In this document: piece after piece, positions 50,067-63,680 of the stretch
How the letters are laid out: the number at the start of each line of letters is the position of its first letter
Numbering within the stretch: position 1 is the stretch's first letter
Source of the DNA: Balanoglossus misakiensis
Lineage: Eukaryota; Animalia; Hemichordata
Length of the DNA stretch: 64,000 nt
Direction: 5' to 3'
Assembly: GCA_040954595.2 (NCBI GenBank)
Contig: CM082595.2
Coordinates: 7,732,317-7,796,316, forward strand
Position numbers and translations under genes: made by a program
The notes under the pieces: generated by a model
What the model saw: only the letters and a program-made list of their open reading frames with translations
The model's database searches: none
What the model was told of the DNA's origin: nothing

Positions 50067-52774
50067 AGTTGTTGATGTGAGTTGAACGCCTTTGTGTACC
50101 TGTGTGTACCAGTACAGAAATCACGTGACGCAAGTCCACGAAGTCTGGTGTATATACCTGTTCCCCGTAGTACAATGTTTACTGAACTGTCAATGGTTTG
50201 TCACGCGTATATGATAAGCCCTGTCCCCGGCGCATAGTCTAGTGTGAAGAGAATTGAACGAACAATAGCGATGACCTCGTTTGAACTTAGGGATGGACCA
50301 TTTAATTACTTGAAGGGGGGATGGGACGGAGATTGATTATATAGCGTTATATTTTGTTATGGAACCATAGTATATCTGGCACAGTATGCGTCCGGAAATG
50401 AAAAATGTGTCCTAGAAAGTTTTTTGTATTATCAAAGAGCAATTGTATATCTGACAAATTTCGCGCCTGGAAAAAGAATAATAAATGTGTTCCAGAAATT
50501 TAACTTTTGATGAATTCTGATCCAAAACAAATTTTAATAGGTTCATACATAAAGTAAATATCAACGGAGTTATAAAGTTTAATTGTTTTGAATGAATGCA
50601 GCATAAAATGTCAATTGAAATCAGAGCGTGTACATAATGACAGGACCTTCACTCAAACACTGTAGGATTACACCTAATAATGGGGTTCAAGTTTGGCATG
50701 CACGGACGCACACGGTTTAATTTTGCCGAAATTCCGTGATAAATGTATTTAGGCCTCATCATGTCAAAGAAAGCTGTTTAAAGTCCAATAAACAGTTTTA
50801 CAGTGAATCTATTTTGAGTAAGACGTATTTGAAGAATGCAGTGGTGATAAAAAGTGACCGAAAGATTTGTGGACCGAACCCTGTCGGTGATGTATTTGCT
50901 TGCATAAGTGAGTGCATGTGCTTTTGAGTTCTATTCAATTCCGTTAGCCTGTTAGTGGAGACTTATAGGGAAACATTCACCCCGCTTCAGGATTTCATCG
51001 TCCGTCAGGGCGTCGCTATAGTGTGGGATTATTTTCCGTAACTTTTACCTTCAGATCAGGCGCTGTTATCCCATCACGGGATTTTGCGCATACTGTTATT
51101 CGGCATTATTGTCTAAGTTTCAAGTTCGTATCCCGACCGTCGTTTTGTGTCGCCCTGATATATTCAAAACGCCAGTGTTCAACGTTTCTGGTGTTAAATG
51201 TGAAAAGCACGACATCAAAACTTATGTTTGTTGTTGATTCAACGGTATTTGAATTGCAATGATTCAAGTATTCATCTATTTCGCTAGATTAAGGATGTAC
51301 GTTCGTCAAAATTGAAAGTATTGTCATTTCTTTTAATTGTTGATTTTTGGATTATCCTGTGTATATGTAATGAAAATCCGTGATATAATATGGGGGTCAC
51401 CGCGCTTGATTTTGAAATACAGAGCCATGAATTTAGTCGATAATAGAAGAAAACTGCTGACTGAGCATTTTTCGCCAATGCTTTGTCTATGGGCAAATAT
51501 TTTAACAAAATTTATGTCAAAATAGAGCGCGGTGACCACACGATTTTATATTTACTTGACTGAGCTATGTGTTAAATTTCGTGAAAATGACAATAGTAGA
51601 AACTTGTTTTCTAGCAATTAACGCCGACACTGTAAGCTCAGCGCTGCCGACATCGCCATCGCGAGAGTTTTGGTGCAGGCTAGCGCCATTGACTTTTCTT
51701 TTACGAGTGTAACAGTCGCTCCTCACTAGATCGGAGAACTGCTATGTTTTTCTCTCAAATTAACGAATAATTGGGTTCGCGTCGCACTATGAGAGAGAGT
51801 GGTACTATCCGTGGGCTTGACGACCCACAGTCCACAAGAACATCAACCTCGATACAACAACTAAAACAGTTCAACTTTATTACAAAGATATCGTATAAGC
51901 GCACATCAAAAGGGCTGCTTACCACACGGTCTGTCTCTAACGAAGTCTTGGTCCACTCTGACTGAAAACCCTCAAAACTAGGCTAACTACCAACTTTTGA
52001 TTTGCATATTTCGCGCCGTTTCTGGTAGTAATTAAAATAATAATAGCTGACACGAAATGTGGGTCCTTGTCGTCTAGAACATGACGTAATGTCGCATGTC
52101 GAGACCTATTTCGAATATAATGTGTTCGACCTACAAATGCTGGGTATATCAAAGAGATGTACGTCTACCACGTGGAGGTAGACGGCCCCGTCAATCAAAA
52201 GTTATATCACCATGGTGACCGACCGTTCCGTCACACGAGGTTAAAACTAATCGTCAATGTCAAACATTTCATTGATCTTTGCCAATTTTTTACATCGGAC
52301 CAAAACTGATCATTATTGTAATCTGCAGACCGAAGAGCACTTTGTTTATAAGTTTGAAGTTTTTCCAGCTGCACACGCAAAGTATGGTTATTATAATGAC
52401 GTGACGTCAGACTGAGTATGGCCATAGTTGCGTAGCGGCTTACTGACCAATACGCATGCGCAGGTTCGTAATGTAACATGCTCAACCCAGAGGTGTACCT
52501 GAGATCACGTGAATGCTAGCCGCCAGTTTACAGGTTTGGGGAAAGCATTACGATTTGATATTGTCTTTGATTAAAATCAACGCCATTACTCAAACGTGTC
52601 TTGTTATTCGGTTACACTTTTTCATTACCGTGTAAGCTAGTCTTGATGCAACCGTGCTTACATACGAAAAAAAAAAACTCTCGCCGTCCATGCAGGCTTA
52701 TGGTCTGATTGCATATGGGGCTTCTCCTTTGCTAAATGGTTGAGGGCGGGTCAGCGAAGAGCCTTATAGCGAAC

Positions 52775-54813
52775 GGTAGAGTTGACTTTTCAGAGCCCTC
52801 TGACTCAGAGCCCCTCAGAGCCCTCTGAAGTTTCAGAACCTCAGAACCCGGACCTCAGAATTCTTGTTGACCTCAGATATAACCCCAAAATGTACCTGTA
52901 TAATTAAATATAACGATTACAAATGGGTATAATGTTGCCAAAATTACTCCCGCTGAAAATACGATGTACTACATTGTATGGCAAGTGCGAGATCGTGACT
53001 GCCGATTGCCCGCCATATTTGTTTTCGAAGTTTATGTCGATTTCAGATTCAGATTCAGCCACTGATTCCGATTCACCAGTAACGCGTTTCCTTTTCTTAT
53101 TTCCTTGCAAATATGAAAGTATTTTGTAGCACACGACAAACTAAAAAACAATTAATACATAGATAATAAAGTTCCTTCACTTGCGGTGATCTTTCACCGC
53201 CAGGCATTTGTATTCAACCTGTCCCCCATTATATATCAGTGGGAAGGGCAATGTTATGATTTATTTGTGCAGGAGTGAATTATCATTGTGGTAATATTGA
53301 TCATGCATATATGATGTGGCTATTATAACAAGAAAACTTTCTTCAGAAACTTGTTTTCATTGTCTAGATTATTTTTTATCAAAAGTGATTTGATATTATT
53401 CATGTTTACATATTATGTATGTATTTATTGTTTTTTCTTGTTTTGGAATAAACTCTTTGAAATTTAACTGCTTGTTTGTAAATTTTTAGCAAGAAATATA
53501 TACGCATTTGACATACAGCAAACCTATAGTAATAATCCTAATGGAAGGAGAATAAGCGCAGTGTGTGAGGACACAAAGTTTGTCAAAAAGTCATTAATTT
53601 GAATGACTGGCAAATCCAAAATGTTTTCCATGGGCTTTATTCTGATGGACAAATAATTAAATTCTTATTTAAGGTGGCATTGCATGAAAAGTTGTGATTT
53701 TTGCCAAATTTACTTTTTTTTACATAAATCGGTAGGTCTAATACCCAAAAATAGCACTTTTCTGAATGAGTTCACAGCTTAACAAATAGGTGTCAACAAT
53801 GCAAATGGCCGTTTTTCTCAGTTTGCAGTTTTGCTGCTCTTGACAACTTCAGAAGAATTTAGCTTCGCTCTGCGTTGGCCGAATTTGCTCAAATTTTAAC
53901 AGGGGATTGTGTATGACCCATCTAACAAAACAAATGTTTTAGTCGATAAAGTGTCCTTGGCGGGAATAAAATCTGATTCAATACAACTCATTGTGTATTT
54001 GATCAAATTTTCTAAAAATCTAACTTGCAAACACTGTTACTCCTCAATGGAAGCAGATAACGCTAAACTAATTTTTTTTTTTTTTGCATGTGTACTCTAG
54101 TTTCGAATGACATACTAAGATGCATGATGCATGGTCAACCGTTTTACCTAATTTCAATTGAATGACATAATATCAAGAAATGTTTTTTTAACCCAAAAAC
54201 GCCACCATTTCCGGGGATCAATAATATTTGCAACTCAAACAAAAGTTCAAAAACTCAGCTTCCAGAATATGTATGGTTTATAGGGGTTTTAATAATTATT
54301 GTCTTTGAAGAGAAATAGGCCTCTGAAAAAGTCTTGAAAAGTTTCGTGCAATACCACATTAAGTATTGAATTGATTTCCAAATTCTCTTCTTTTGGTGTT
54401 TCTTCTTGCGATTTATTTTGTCGTGTGCTACAAAATACGTTTATATTTGTAATGCAATGCAAGCAAAAAAAGAAAAGTAACGCGTTACTGGTGAATCGGA
54501 ATCCCTGGCTGAATCTGAATCTGAAATCGACATAAACTTCGAAAACAAATATGGCGGGTAAAAGGCAGTCACGATCTCGCACTTGCCATACAACGTAGTA
54601 CGTCGTATTTTCTGCGGGAGTAATTTTGGCAACATTACACCTATTTGTAATCGTTATATTTAATTATACAGGTAAATTTTGGGATTATACCTGAGGTCAA
54701 CAAGAATTCTGAGGTCCGGGTTCTGAGGTTCTGAAACTTCAGAGGGCTCTGAGGGCCAGGGGCTCTGAGTCAGAGGGCTCTGAGTCAGAGGGCTCTGAAA
54801 AGTCAACTCTACC
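52775..54813. mobile_element. Long-TIR foldback (MULE-like) element, 10-bp TSD
   Basis: GGTAGAGTTGACTTTTCAGAGCCC... / ...GGGCTCTGAAAAGTCAACTCTACC, with ~360-bp TIRs containing CTCAGAG sub-repeats. TSD TATAGCGAAC (52765-52774 / 54814-54823). Confidence 0.85.
53673..54358. mobile_element. Kolobok-like MITE, inverted copy of 20714-21444, nested in the MULE-like element
   Basis: TTAA|GGTGGCATTGCATGAAAAGTTGTG ... TTTCGTGCAATACCACA|TTAA. Internal sequence is the reverse complement of the 20.7-21.4 kb copy. Confidence 0.85.
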
Positions 54814-57609
54814 TATAGCGAACCGTGGGCTGTGAGAAAGTATATAAATATACAGGCTACATCGATCGGCACCTCAGAGAACACAGGCAACAAGTTTTGA
54901 ACCTATCTGTACATACCAGAGCATAAAATATTGCCGCCATCATTTTATCACATGCTTCGGCTTGTAATTTCTATTTGACTGTAATTTGAACGACGCTTGG
55001 TCGCCATCAGACCACCCCCTCAATATGCATGAGCTTACAATTGCACGGGCGTGTGATTTGTGTCACTGATTCCCTTCCCCGACAGTGCACGGAACACACA
55101 GCATCGTTTGTATATTCGCAGTCCGGATCATGGCACTGTCAGATCCAGCCGTTCGATATTGATGTTCGACAACTGAGCACAGTCACTGTACAAATATCTC
55201 GTGTTACCTCCATGGTACGGGGCATGGTACAAACTACATAATCAGCTGAGAGCTACAGACCTGTCAACCACGGGCGTAGTAGACCTAACCCTCCCTGTGT
55301 ATTTATCGTTCGCCATCAACACTTTCATTACCTCATTGACTTCAATGTTAGGGCGACATTTTTATTTTCTGTGTTTCCCATCTCCCGACCGACCGTAAAT
55401 TTCAGCTCCGACATGAAAATAAAGAAACCTTTTTTATTTGCGCCGACTCTGAGTCTGAGGCGATCATCCTAGCAACAGCGCCACCAACGGCTAATTGTGA
55501 GATTTTGCAGATCAGTCTGCAAAAATGACGTCATATTCATCATGGCGGTCTTGTCGGACCAGCGTCTGTCATGCAATGCATACACAAAACATTCATATGG
55601 ACAAAGCTCTATGATTTATTCTGACAAATATATTATTTTTTACAATGTTCTCATAGATTGAGTGTGAATAGGGGTGTAGTAAACAGCAATTCAGTGCATT
55701 GAGTAACCAAGTCAACATGGATTAAGTTCATGTGAAAGAAAACAACTGGAAGAATGTGAAAAACGTTTAATTCGTGTTTACATATTTTGCTTTCAAAAAC
55801 ATTCAGGACATCTAACAACACCAACGCTATAGCTCATAATAAATTCGATTTTTTGTTGATCGCAGTTCCGTCAATTATTTGCCATCGACGTATAATGTGC
55901 CTATAAGTGGTGTCCTTGTTACGTAATAAACCATTTCTGTTTCTTAGGACCATATGTTTGAAAGATATTCATTTTGCCGGTTTATTGCATATCACATAAT
56001 TATAACATTTAACATATCCTTATTAGCAGAATTCACACATAATATGAAACGTTTCGTCAAAAGAAAAGCTGATCAAAATCAAAGATCTGCAATGTCTGAT
56101 ACTATCAAAAGGTGAAGAAAAAAGTTCGACTCTGAAATCTCAGAGCCTGACTTCTCCAGCATCTTCGGGTCTTAAAGTGTTCCCTCGATAAAAATGGCGA
56201 CCGCCTCTGTTAACGTCCAAAACTATGGATAAAATGATATAAAAACGAAAATGAGTATACTGCGAACATGAGCTTACTATTGCCGTGATTAAATACATAG
56301 TAAACATGCTCGACAAACAGATTCACATTGCCGATACTCTGGTCAGTGCTTATATTAGACTCTATGGCAGTCGCTGTGCTTGACGATAAGGAATGGAATT
56401 TCTCCTGCATACGACGCGTCGCCAGGAAATATTATGACAGAAGAATCAATTTAATCGAAGGCTCTAAAAAACGCAATTTCTCCACCTATGCGATTGGTTT
56501 TAGAAAACGTGATAACGTCGTCAATGGATTTGACAACTTCTCCCATATATATTTTCCTTTGATGCATCCGCCTTGTTATCTATTTTGCCTGATATTACCT
56601 TGTCACTATTTCAGCAAGAACCATGGATTGTTTGGAGTGGTAGGCGAGTTTTGTATAGCCAAACTGCGTCACTTTTTGTGGAAGAGACGAATTATATTTC
56701 CTTTTGTGATTTGATCAAAATCAAACATTTTATAAAATAGATATTATTTTAAGAATAATTTTATTTCAAATCTTTCCAAAATTTACGATAACGTTCGATC
56801 GACAAGCCTTTGTTTCCACATGTTTTATATTATCTTATGTATAATTTGCTAACATTAGTTTTCTGCAAAGATTCCCTCACATTTCTCAGATTCACTTAAT
56901 CGTTATACTTGTTTTCAATGCAACCAAGTGTAACTATCTGTCTAATTTTGTTGATTTAGTAAGAGTATGGTGAACAATTTATTTTTGCTTCTCTGATCCC
57001 ACCGGCCATCAAAGTTGTAACGTGGTTTCTCTATAGATTTTGCCCTCTTGTAGTCAACCTGATGGATTTCCCCCAACAGATAAACGAGAACGTAAGGTGA
57101 CACAAGGGTCACGAAGGGCCCTATTACAGTGACACCGTGGGCCTCCCTAGCTCGACAACAATGAGTAAGAAATCAATCCTCATTGAACATGCGTGTGCAG
57201 TCGGAGCGGAGGTGCTCGCGTGATTCCGTGGCGACAACTTAATGCAATGTTGGCTAATGGCACTCTCTGCCAGGTTATTGCTTACAGAATATTAATGAAC
57301 TAATAAATATTCATGAAATGTTTTATTCAAGATCAACTTCACTATTGCGAGGTACATGTATTTAACGATGGCAGTCTTCTCGATTTTAATGAAGGATGCT
57401 AAATTAGATAGTTGCTAAATAAGAAAACAGCTGTAATATAGAAGCCCACATACCAAAGGAATCTAAGTTGTGGTGTCATTTCATGTAAGCAACCAAAACA
57501 TTGGTGAATTCAGTGTACGTACATTTTCCTTTAAGTAATATCTATCATGGTGTGCTGTGTTTCCCAACCATCCCCTTATCCACCGTCAAAGGAGAAAATG
57601 TGCGCTTAA

Positions 57610-58404
57610 GATGGGTCCCTAGGATCTTTTTGCCCGTTGCTATGGGCCTTTATAGGACATTACACCCCAATTTGGACTAAGCCGTTTTCAGAGACTAACA
57701 AGGGGCTGGTAACTAGTTGAAAATCTGCACGATTGTGAGCGCGCGCCCCCTGACGCCATTGATATGCAAATTAGCTAGGTCAAATTTCAAAAGCCTAAGG
57801 CTTTTTATTCCGTGACCTCAAAAACGAACTTGATACGTATTCATTAGTTGCTTGAACCAGGGAAGATCGTGACGGATTTTGTTTTCGAATATTATCGTTG
57901 TATCCTACGATTTCAGCATACCCGTACCACACCTGAAAAAGTCATCGATTTTGGGTGTTTTTGGACGCACTCTTCCACCGGTATCGCTTCTTAGCACGAC
58001 GAAAACCGAAAAAACGATCCGTCACACTATGCGGAAGTGCGTTCTCAACAAGCAGGTCAAATTTGGCTGGCCTACGTCGCCTATGAAAAAAGCCTTAGGG
58101 ATTTTCGTGAACGGTACAAAATCTCTGTGTACAAAACATTGGATTTTTAGCGTTCGATCCAGTTACTGTGGTTACAGGACGCGCACGCTATCGCTGACCG
58201 CTGCTTTGCCGTATTAGCATGGCGGCCTATGGCCGGGCGGTAGCTGCCGTAACCATACTCGGACAGGGGGTGTGCACACAATCGTGCGTATTTTTAACTA
58301 GTTACAAGCCCCTTGTCGGACGTTCATAACGGTTTCGATCAAAATTGAGTGTAGTGTCCTATAAAGGCCCATAGCAACGAGCAAAAAGATCCTAGGGACC
58401 CATC
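57610..58404. mobile_element. TTAA-target MITE (Kolobok-like) with long TIRs
   Basis: TTAA|GATGGGTCCCTAGGATCTTTTTGC... and ...GCAAAAAGATCCTAGGGACCCATC|TTAA. Inverted similarity extends more than 100 bp. Confidence 0.8.
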
Positions 58405-59000
58405 TTAATAAACTAGAATAATAGGCCATGCAAGCCTGAACAAAGTGAAGCTCTGAATACAAAACAACACGCATGCGCAAATATCGAACATGCAAACTCT
58501 AGCAAAATTCATGTGTCTGTTATTTACTGCAGTCTATATTGCTCCACTGTATTTATATCCACGTCAACTAGTTTATAAATGTACGATTCGAGACATGTTA
58601 ATCAAGTTTATATCACCTTTTCAGTATTTCACAGCCAACAGTGGTTAAGTCTACGTGTATAATCAACCGTCGACATAACACTTTGCATATATGCAGATTT
58701 TTTTTTCTAGCGGAATATTGCGTTTTACAAATATACTAGTGATACTTAAGACAAGAATCCGTGCTTTATAAATATCAAACTATTCCCTGAAAAATATTTG
58801 AGTATTCCTAATAATAACTTCCCCAACGATCGCAGCACATAGTAAATGACATTGCAGTGGGGTGGGGGTAGTTGTGGGTTATACACTGCAGGGCTAACAG
58901 AAACTCTGAAGGATAAACTAGGAAAGAGTTGAGATTTAAAACAAGGTATACTTAACTGTTAAACATACATGAAGGTAGGTATTTTAGAGCATGATCTTAC

Positions 59001-62000
59001 TTTCCGTGCACGTAGCACCCGATGACGTGTTACAGGATGAACTTGGCCGTGCATGTGGAATCTTTCTCTTTGACTGCAGTACCTTGCCCTGCGGTTTATT
59101 GCGCTCTGGTCGGAAGAGTACTATATAAACTTTAGGAGAAAACAAGCACGCTAAAACAACGAGTCCGCTGAGACTTATTGAAAAACAAGTAGTGGTTATT
59201 CTAACTTGAATGTTATTAGCCGTTGTCAGATATATCGGTATGAACGCCAGCCATATTATGCAAGTCGTGTACATAGTGAAACCAATGAACTTGGCTTCGT
59301 TAAATGCCTCTGGGATTTTGCGTGTCTTTATGGCATACAATGTACAGAGAATCATGAGGAATATTGGATAGGCTAGACCCAGCATAAATGATGTGTCCAC
59401 GAAGGATTTGCAAACAAGCTGAGCTTCTTCTCTCGTCGGGTAGTGTCTGATGCCCTCTGGTGGTGACGCTATCACAAACGCTGTGGAAATAATAACTTGT
59501 ATGGCCACCAGGACTGCCGTGAAGACTATTTGTGACTTTGGACTGATGTAACTTGGTCTCTTGGCCGAAGTCTTTCCACTGTTGAAAATTCTCGCAATTC
59601 TGTTGGTTTTAATCATCAATGCTCCGTAGCACGTCGCGAAACTGATGCCGATCATGAACTTTTGCGCTCCGCAGATGATGCGGCTTGGCTTTGCCACAAG
59701 TAAGTACGTCATAGCGAAACACAAAAACACGCCTAGCAACAAGACATAACTCAATTCACGGCCAGACGCCTTGACTACCGGCGTATCGTTGTACTTAATA
59801 AAAAGCACAACGACCGCACAGGTCAATATGATACCAAACGTCGCAAACGATATAGACACTATCGCCCACACGCTTCCATACTCCAAATGGATAGCGACAA
59901 TCTCGTAGCAGCCGGTCATTGTCTCATTGCGTAGCATTCCCTCGGGGCATTCCGCGCATGTGTATTCGTCTTGGAGAAATTCATACTGTCCACAAGGCAC
60001 ACAAACCCAACAACATTTCTCCCCTTCAATCATTGATTTCTTCTCACCAATGTCACACGGGAAGCTACATATTGAGGGCGGATATTCAGGCTCATCAAGC
60101 CTGTACTGCAGTACACCCATATCCAGCTCTATGTGCTGTTCTATGTAGCGTCCAACTTCTACATACGCGTATTTTCCAGACTCTGTCTGTTTGTAGTTCA
60201 TAATCTTGTATCTCGGTGGACCATCACCATTCTCCATGAACTTAAAATCATCCCCGGTTATACCTACAAATAAAATAAAACAATAAATGGAAACATTAGT
60301 TGGGCACGTTTGTATGCGATCATAGAAGCCTACCTCACGTAATCACACGTGAGACACTAGCAGTAGTATTATATTATCGCCTTTTCTGTTTGTCTATCTT
60401 TAGGTTAGGTTTATTTTTCATTGTGTAGCCTCCGATCCACACATGTTGAGATGTGACAAAGGTCGCCAAAGCTTATCACAATTTTAGACCACAATTTCCC
60501 CTTGTCACTTATATCTGCTTAAGATAGGCCTAATGTGAACTTAAGTAGACTGTTTTAGGCTGAGATGATGGGTTCATAAATGGAAAGGGACCATTTATAC
60601 CCCGTTATTTACCCTTTAAAACTGTCAACATGTTTTCTTGATCTTGTATTAGAAGATATACTAATAGCGATTTATTTAAAACAGTTTTAAGTATAAGGCC
60701 AGATCAAAAATATGTGCTGTTCCGATTACATGGTTATCAAAAATTAGGGTAGGTGTAGGTAGGGAATTTTTTATTTTGCGATTTTTTTATTCTCTGGCCG
60801 TCATAGTATAGAAGAATGACGTCATAGTTCTTGCGTAATGCGCGTGATTTCGTCATAGTTCTCGCGTGATTCGCGCAATTTAAATAACATTTTGTATATT
60901 TAACATCGGTATTTTAACTTCCAGGTTTACGATGCTCTAAAAAGTTTAGGGTCGGCGAGTTAAAATTAGGGTAGGTCGGGTAATCGAAACAGCACATCCT
61001 TTTATAGCTGGCCTAATAAAAATTCAAAATTGCTGAAATCCACACGATCCCTCAATGTCTCCTTATAAAACTGTGAAGAAGTCAACGTCTTGAAATTACA
61101 AGCTGAGTTTCAAGGAAAATGTCGTGGTTCAAAAGAAGACAATTTTTAAAGTTTTGTAAAAAAAATCAGAAATGGTTACCACTTGATTTAGAATTGCATA
61201 TTCCTGCAAAATGCCGTGTTTTAATTTTTGCAAACCTTAAAGTACTCCAATATAGTTAATCCCCAAGGAGGAAGATAGTTTCAGATTTCAAAGCATTCAA
61301 AATGGCAACCGGGTCACTTGACTGATCGAAATATGAAATGCCAGGTGCGCAAGTTCTCACGGTGTCCAATCTAGTTGATATGTGTATAGAGCATTGATGT
61401 AGTTGTTAAGGATTTCTAGTTTGACAAAAAATGGCAGAAAAAGTCCAAGAATAGACAAGCCAGTGTGATTCCAATACTGGTCCGAGCTCCACATGGATGT
61501 CTATACTAATTCAAATTGGCTGACATAAGCTTCTGTAATTCTAATCATCTTCACAGAGTACATCGTGTAGAACTGCATAGTGACCAATCCAACTTATAGC
61601 AGCCTTGAATTCCTCGACAATAATCCGATAAGTAGGTCCCTCGGGAGCGCGATAATTTGCTTGCAAAAATTGCGTCGGTGTCTTTGTGAAAAAAAGATAA
61701 GGTGCGGCAACGTAGACGTGGAGAGATAACATTCGGTTTGGATTCGATGTCTGCCAGCTTTTTAACATTAAACCAACACTTCTAGCGGCATCTTTTCAAT
61801 AATTGAAAATAGTGGTCGTTTTCGTTGCGATCACTTCTAGACATGATTCCAGAATGCACTACATAACATGTTATATTAAACAGCATACTATATTTTTTAT
61901 TAGATGTTGTCAAACCATCCACTTTGACGGAATGACAAAGTTTGCGAAGTCAGATTTTGTTTCAATACTAAGGCGAATGAATTATGAGGGTTTATTTTTA

Positions 62001-62329
62001 AATCAAAAGTATAATTTTAAGGACAATACACGCATTTTTATGCAATTGTTTAATTTGTGTGAATTGATTTTCTAAATTGCCATTGTGACTGACAATCATA
62101 TCAATAATGAATGAAGGGGGGGGGGGGGTCATGCATTTAACACATCGCTGGCCGACATGATATTCCCGGTGGACCGGCTTAAACAGAACTTGCAGTTAGT
62201 TAATACAGCAGAACAAATGATTTGTTTGACGGCAGGACATTTGTATTCGGACAAATGACACAAATGTAAAATTGTATGTTGATGTAAACTATATGATGAT
62301 GATGATGATGATGATGATGATAATGATGC

Positions 62330-62383
<54 letters not shown>

Positions 62384-62443
62384 GACGTAAACTAGATGAT
62401 GATGATGATGATGATGATGATGACGATGATTTGACGTAAACTA

Positions 62444-62482
<39 letters not shown>

Positions 62483-62944
62483 AATTTGACGTAAACTAGA
62501 TGATGATCATGATGATGATCATGATCATGATGGAGAAGATAATGATAAAAATAAGTAACATGACAGGACGACATTTACCCCGATGAAACAGCTTACCACT
62601 GAAGGACACCTTCCGTAGATATTGTAACAGTTCACTCCCTTTAATCGGTTGCATATTCCTACAAGGTCCAGGCGCATTACACTTTGCCGCATGCATGTCT
62701 TTTATAGCATAGGCAAAGGCGAGAATAGCATCAGCTACAAACTGCAGCTGACCGTCCTGCTCGTAACCTTGTTCTCGCGAGACCACCTCATTTCCCGTGC
62801 AAGGGTTGTTCCTATACTCCACGTTATTTGGAGTCAGTGTGGAGTTGGCGAACTTACAATCGAAGAAATCTTCCCAAAATTCTCGAAACCATGGATTTCG
62901 GGTGTTGGTGTCCGGATGCAGATTCATGAAGTATTCATCGAAAC
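59001..62944 (-). CDS. Metabotropic glutamate receptor-like class C GPCR (mXR/mangetout-like), partial: exons 62944-62597 and 60263-59001; gene continues beyond the window
   Basis: Venus-flytrap end (RNPWFREFWE, LQFVADAILAFAYA), Cys-rich domain (SICSFPC...CCWVCVPC), 7TM (TPVVKASGRELSY, KTNRIARIF, KTRKIPEAFNEAKFIGFTMYTTCIIWLAF, LFSPKVY). GT-AG sites are in phase. Terminal exon not confidently located. Confidence 0.92.
60697..61013. mobile_element. PIF/Harbinger-like MITE in an mGluR intron
   Basis: TAA|GGCCAG...TGTGCTGTTTCCGATTAC ... GTAATCGAAACAGCACA...CTGGCC|TAA. Internal TTAGGGTAGGTCGG motifs. Confidence 0.6.
62293..62530. repeat. Compound (ATG)n microsatellite punctuated three times by TTTGACGTAAACTAG
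   Basis: Direct reading. Confidence 0.95.
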
Positions 62945-63044
62945 CTAAAGTGTCAAATAAGAAACACTTCGTGCTGAATAATATATAAATATTTATTTAT
63001 TTAAATTGAACATAGATGTGGAAGTCGGAAGAGAAGGTGATTAT

Positions 63045-63680
63045 ATATTCTCACACTCCTGGCCGCTGGGAGTGTGGGATCAAATTGATCCCACACTCTG
63101 TGTTAATGCGCACACAGACAACTGTTATCTGACACGAGCTCTGATTGGATAATGATATCCATACCTCTCAGAACGAGCAAATATTATCCAATTGTGCGAT
63201 GTGTCGTACACAAACCGGAACTACAATGTGATTAGGTCATGTACAGACGACAGTGGTGTACGTGGTTGGCGACAGAGTAAAACAAAAACGGTTGTATTTT
63301 CTAGATATCGCGCGAATTTATGCCACTGGAAACAATCTCCATATTTTAATGTGTTGAGCACATTTTTATAGCATGCGTGTACTGTAAACTCGTGATGAAA
63401 TGGGGACTATGTTTTGCGGGGCGGATCAATATATGACTGGTCATGCAGTTATCAGTTGGTATTTTATAGATTTATTTCTTTTATTGTAAATAAACGTTAA
63501 TATCGCAAATTTCTGGTCGTGTGAGAAAAAGAATCTCACACACCAAGGACCTGGGATCATATTTCTCACACTCGTCGGGGATATTTTTCCCACACTCGCC
63601 TGCGGCTCGTGTGGGACAAAAAAACCCAACTCGTGTGAAAAATACGATCCCAGGTCCTTGGGAGTGTGAGATTCTATTAC
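63045..63680. mobile_element. Non-autonomous palindromic element, Crypton-derived-like
   Basis: Hairpins at the left end (TCTCACACTCC...GGAGTGTGGGA) and a ~145-bp hairpin at 63530-63677 centred on CACACTCGCCTGCGGCTCGTGTG. Confidence 0.55.

Noticed and set aside
51390-51540. Short inverted repeat GTCACCGCGCT / AGCGCGGTGAC
   Set aside because: Probably a decayed transposon remnant; no TSD or boundaries could be defined.
52904-54635. Mirror-image ORFs with SDSDS/ESESE runs
   Set aside because: They come from the two TIRs of the foldback element.
55130-57270. Candidate terminal exons of the mGluR (~57265 or ~55243, minus strand)
   Set aside because: AG acceptors with short open frames exist, but there is no homology support to choose between them.
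60740-60985. TTAGGG motifs as interstitial telomere
   Set aside because: Isolated copies within a MITE subterminal motif, not a tandem array.
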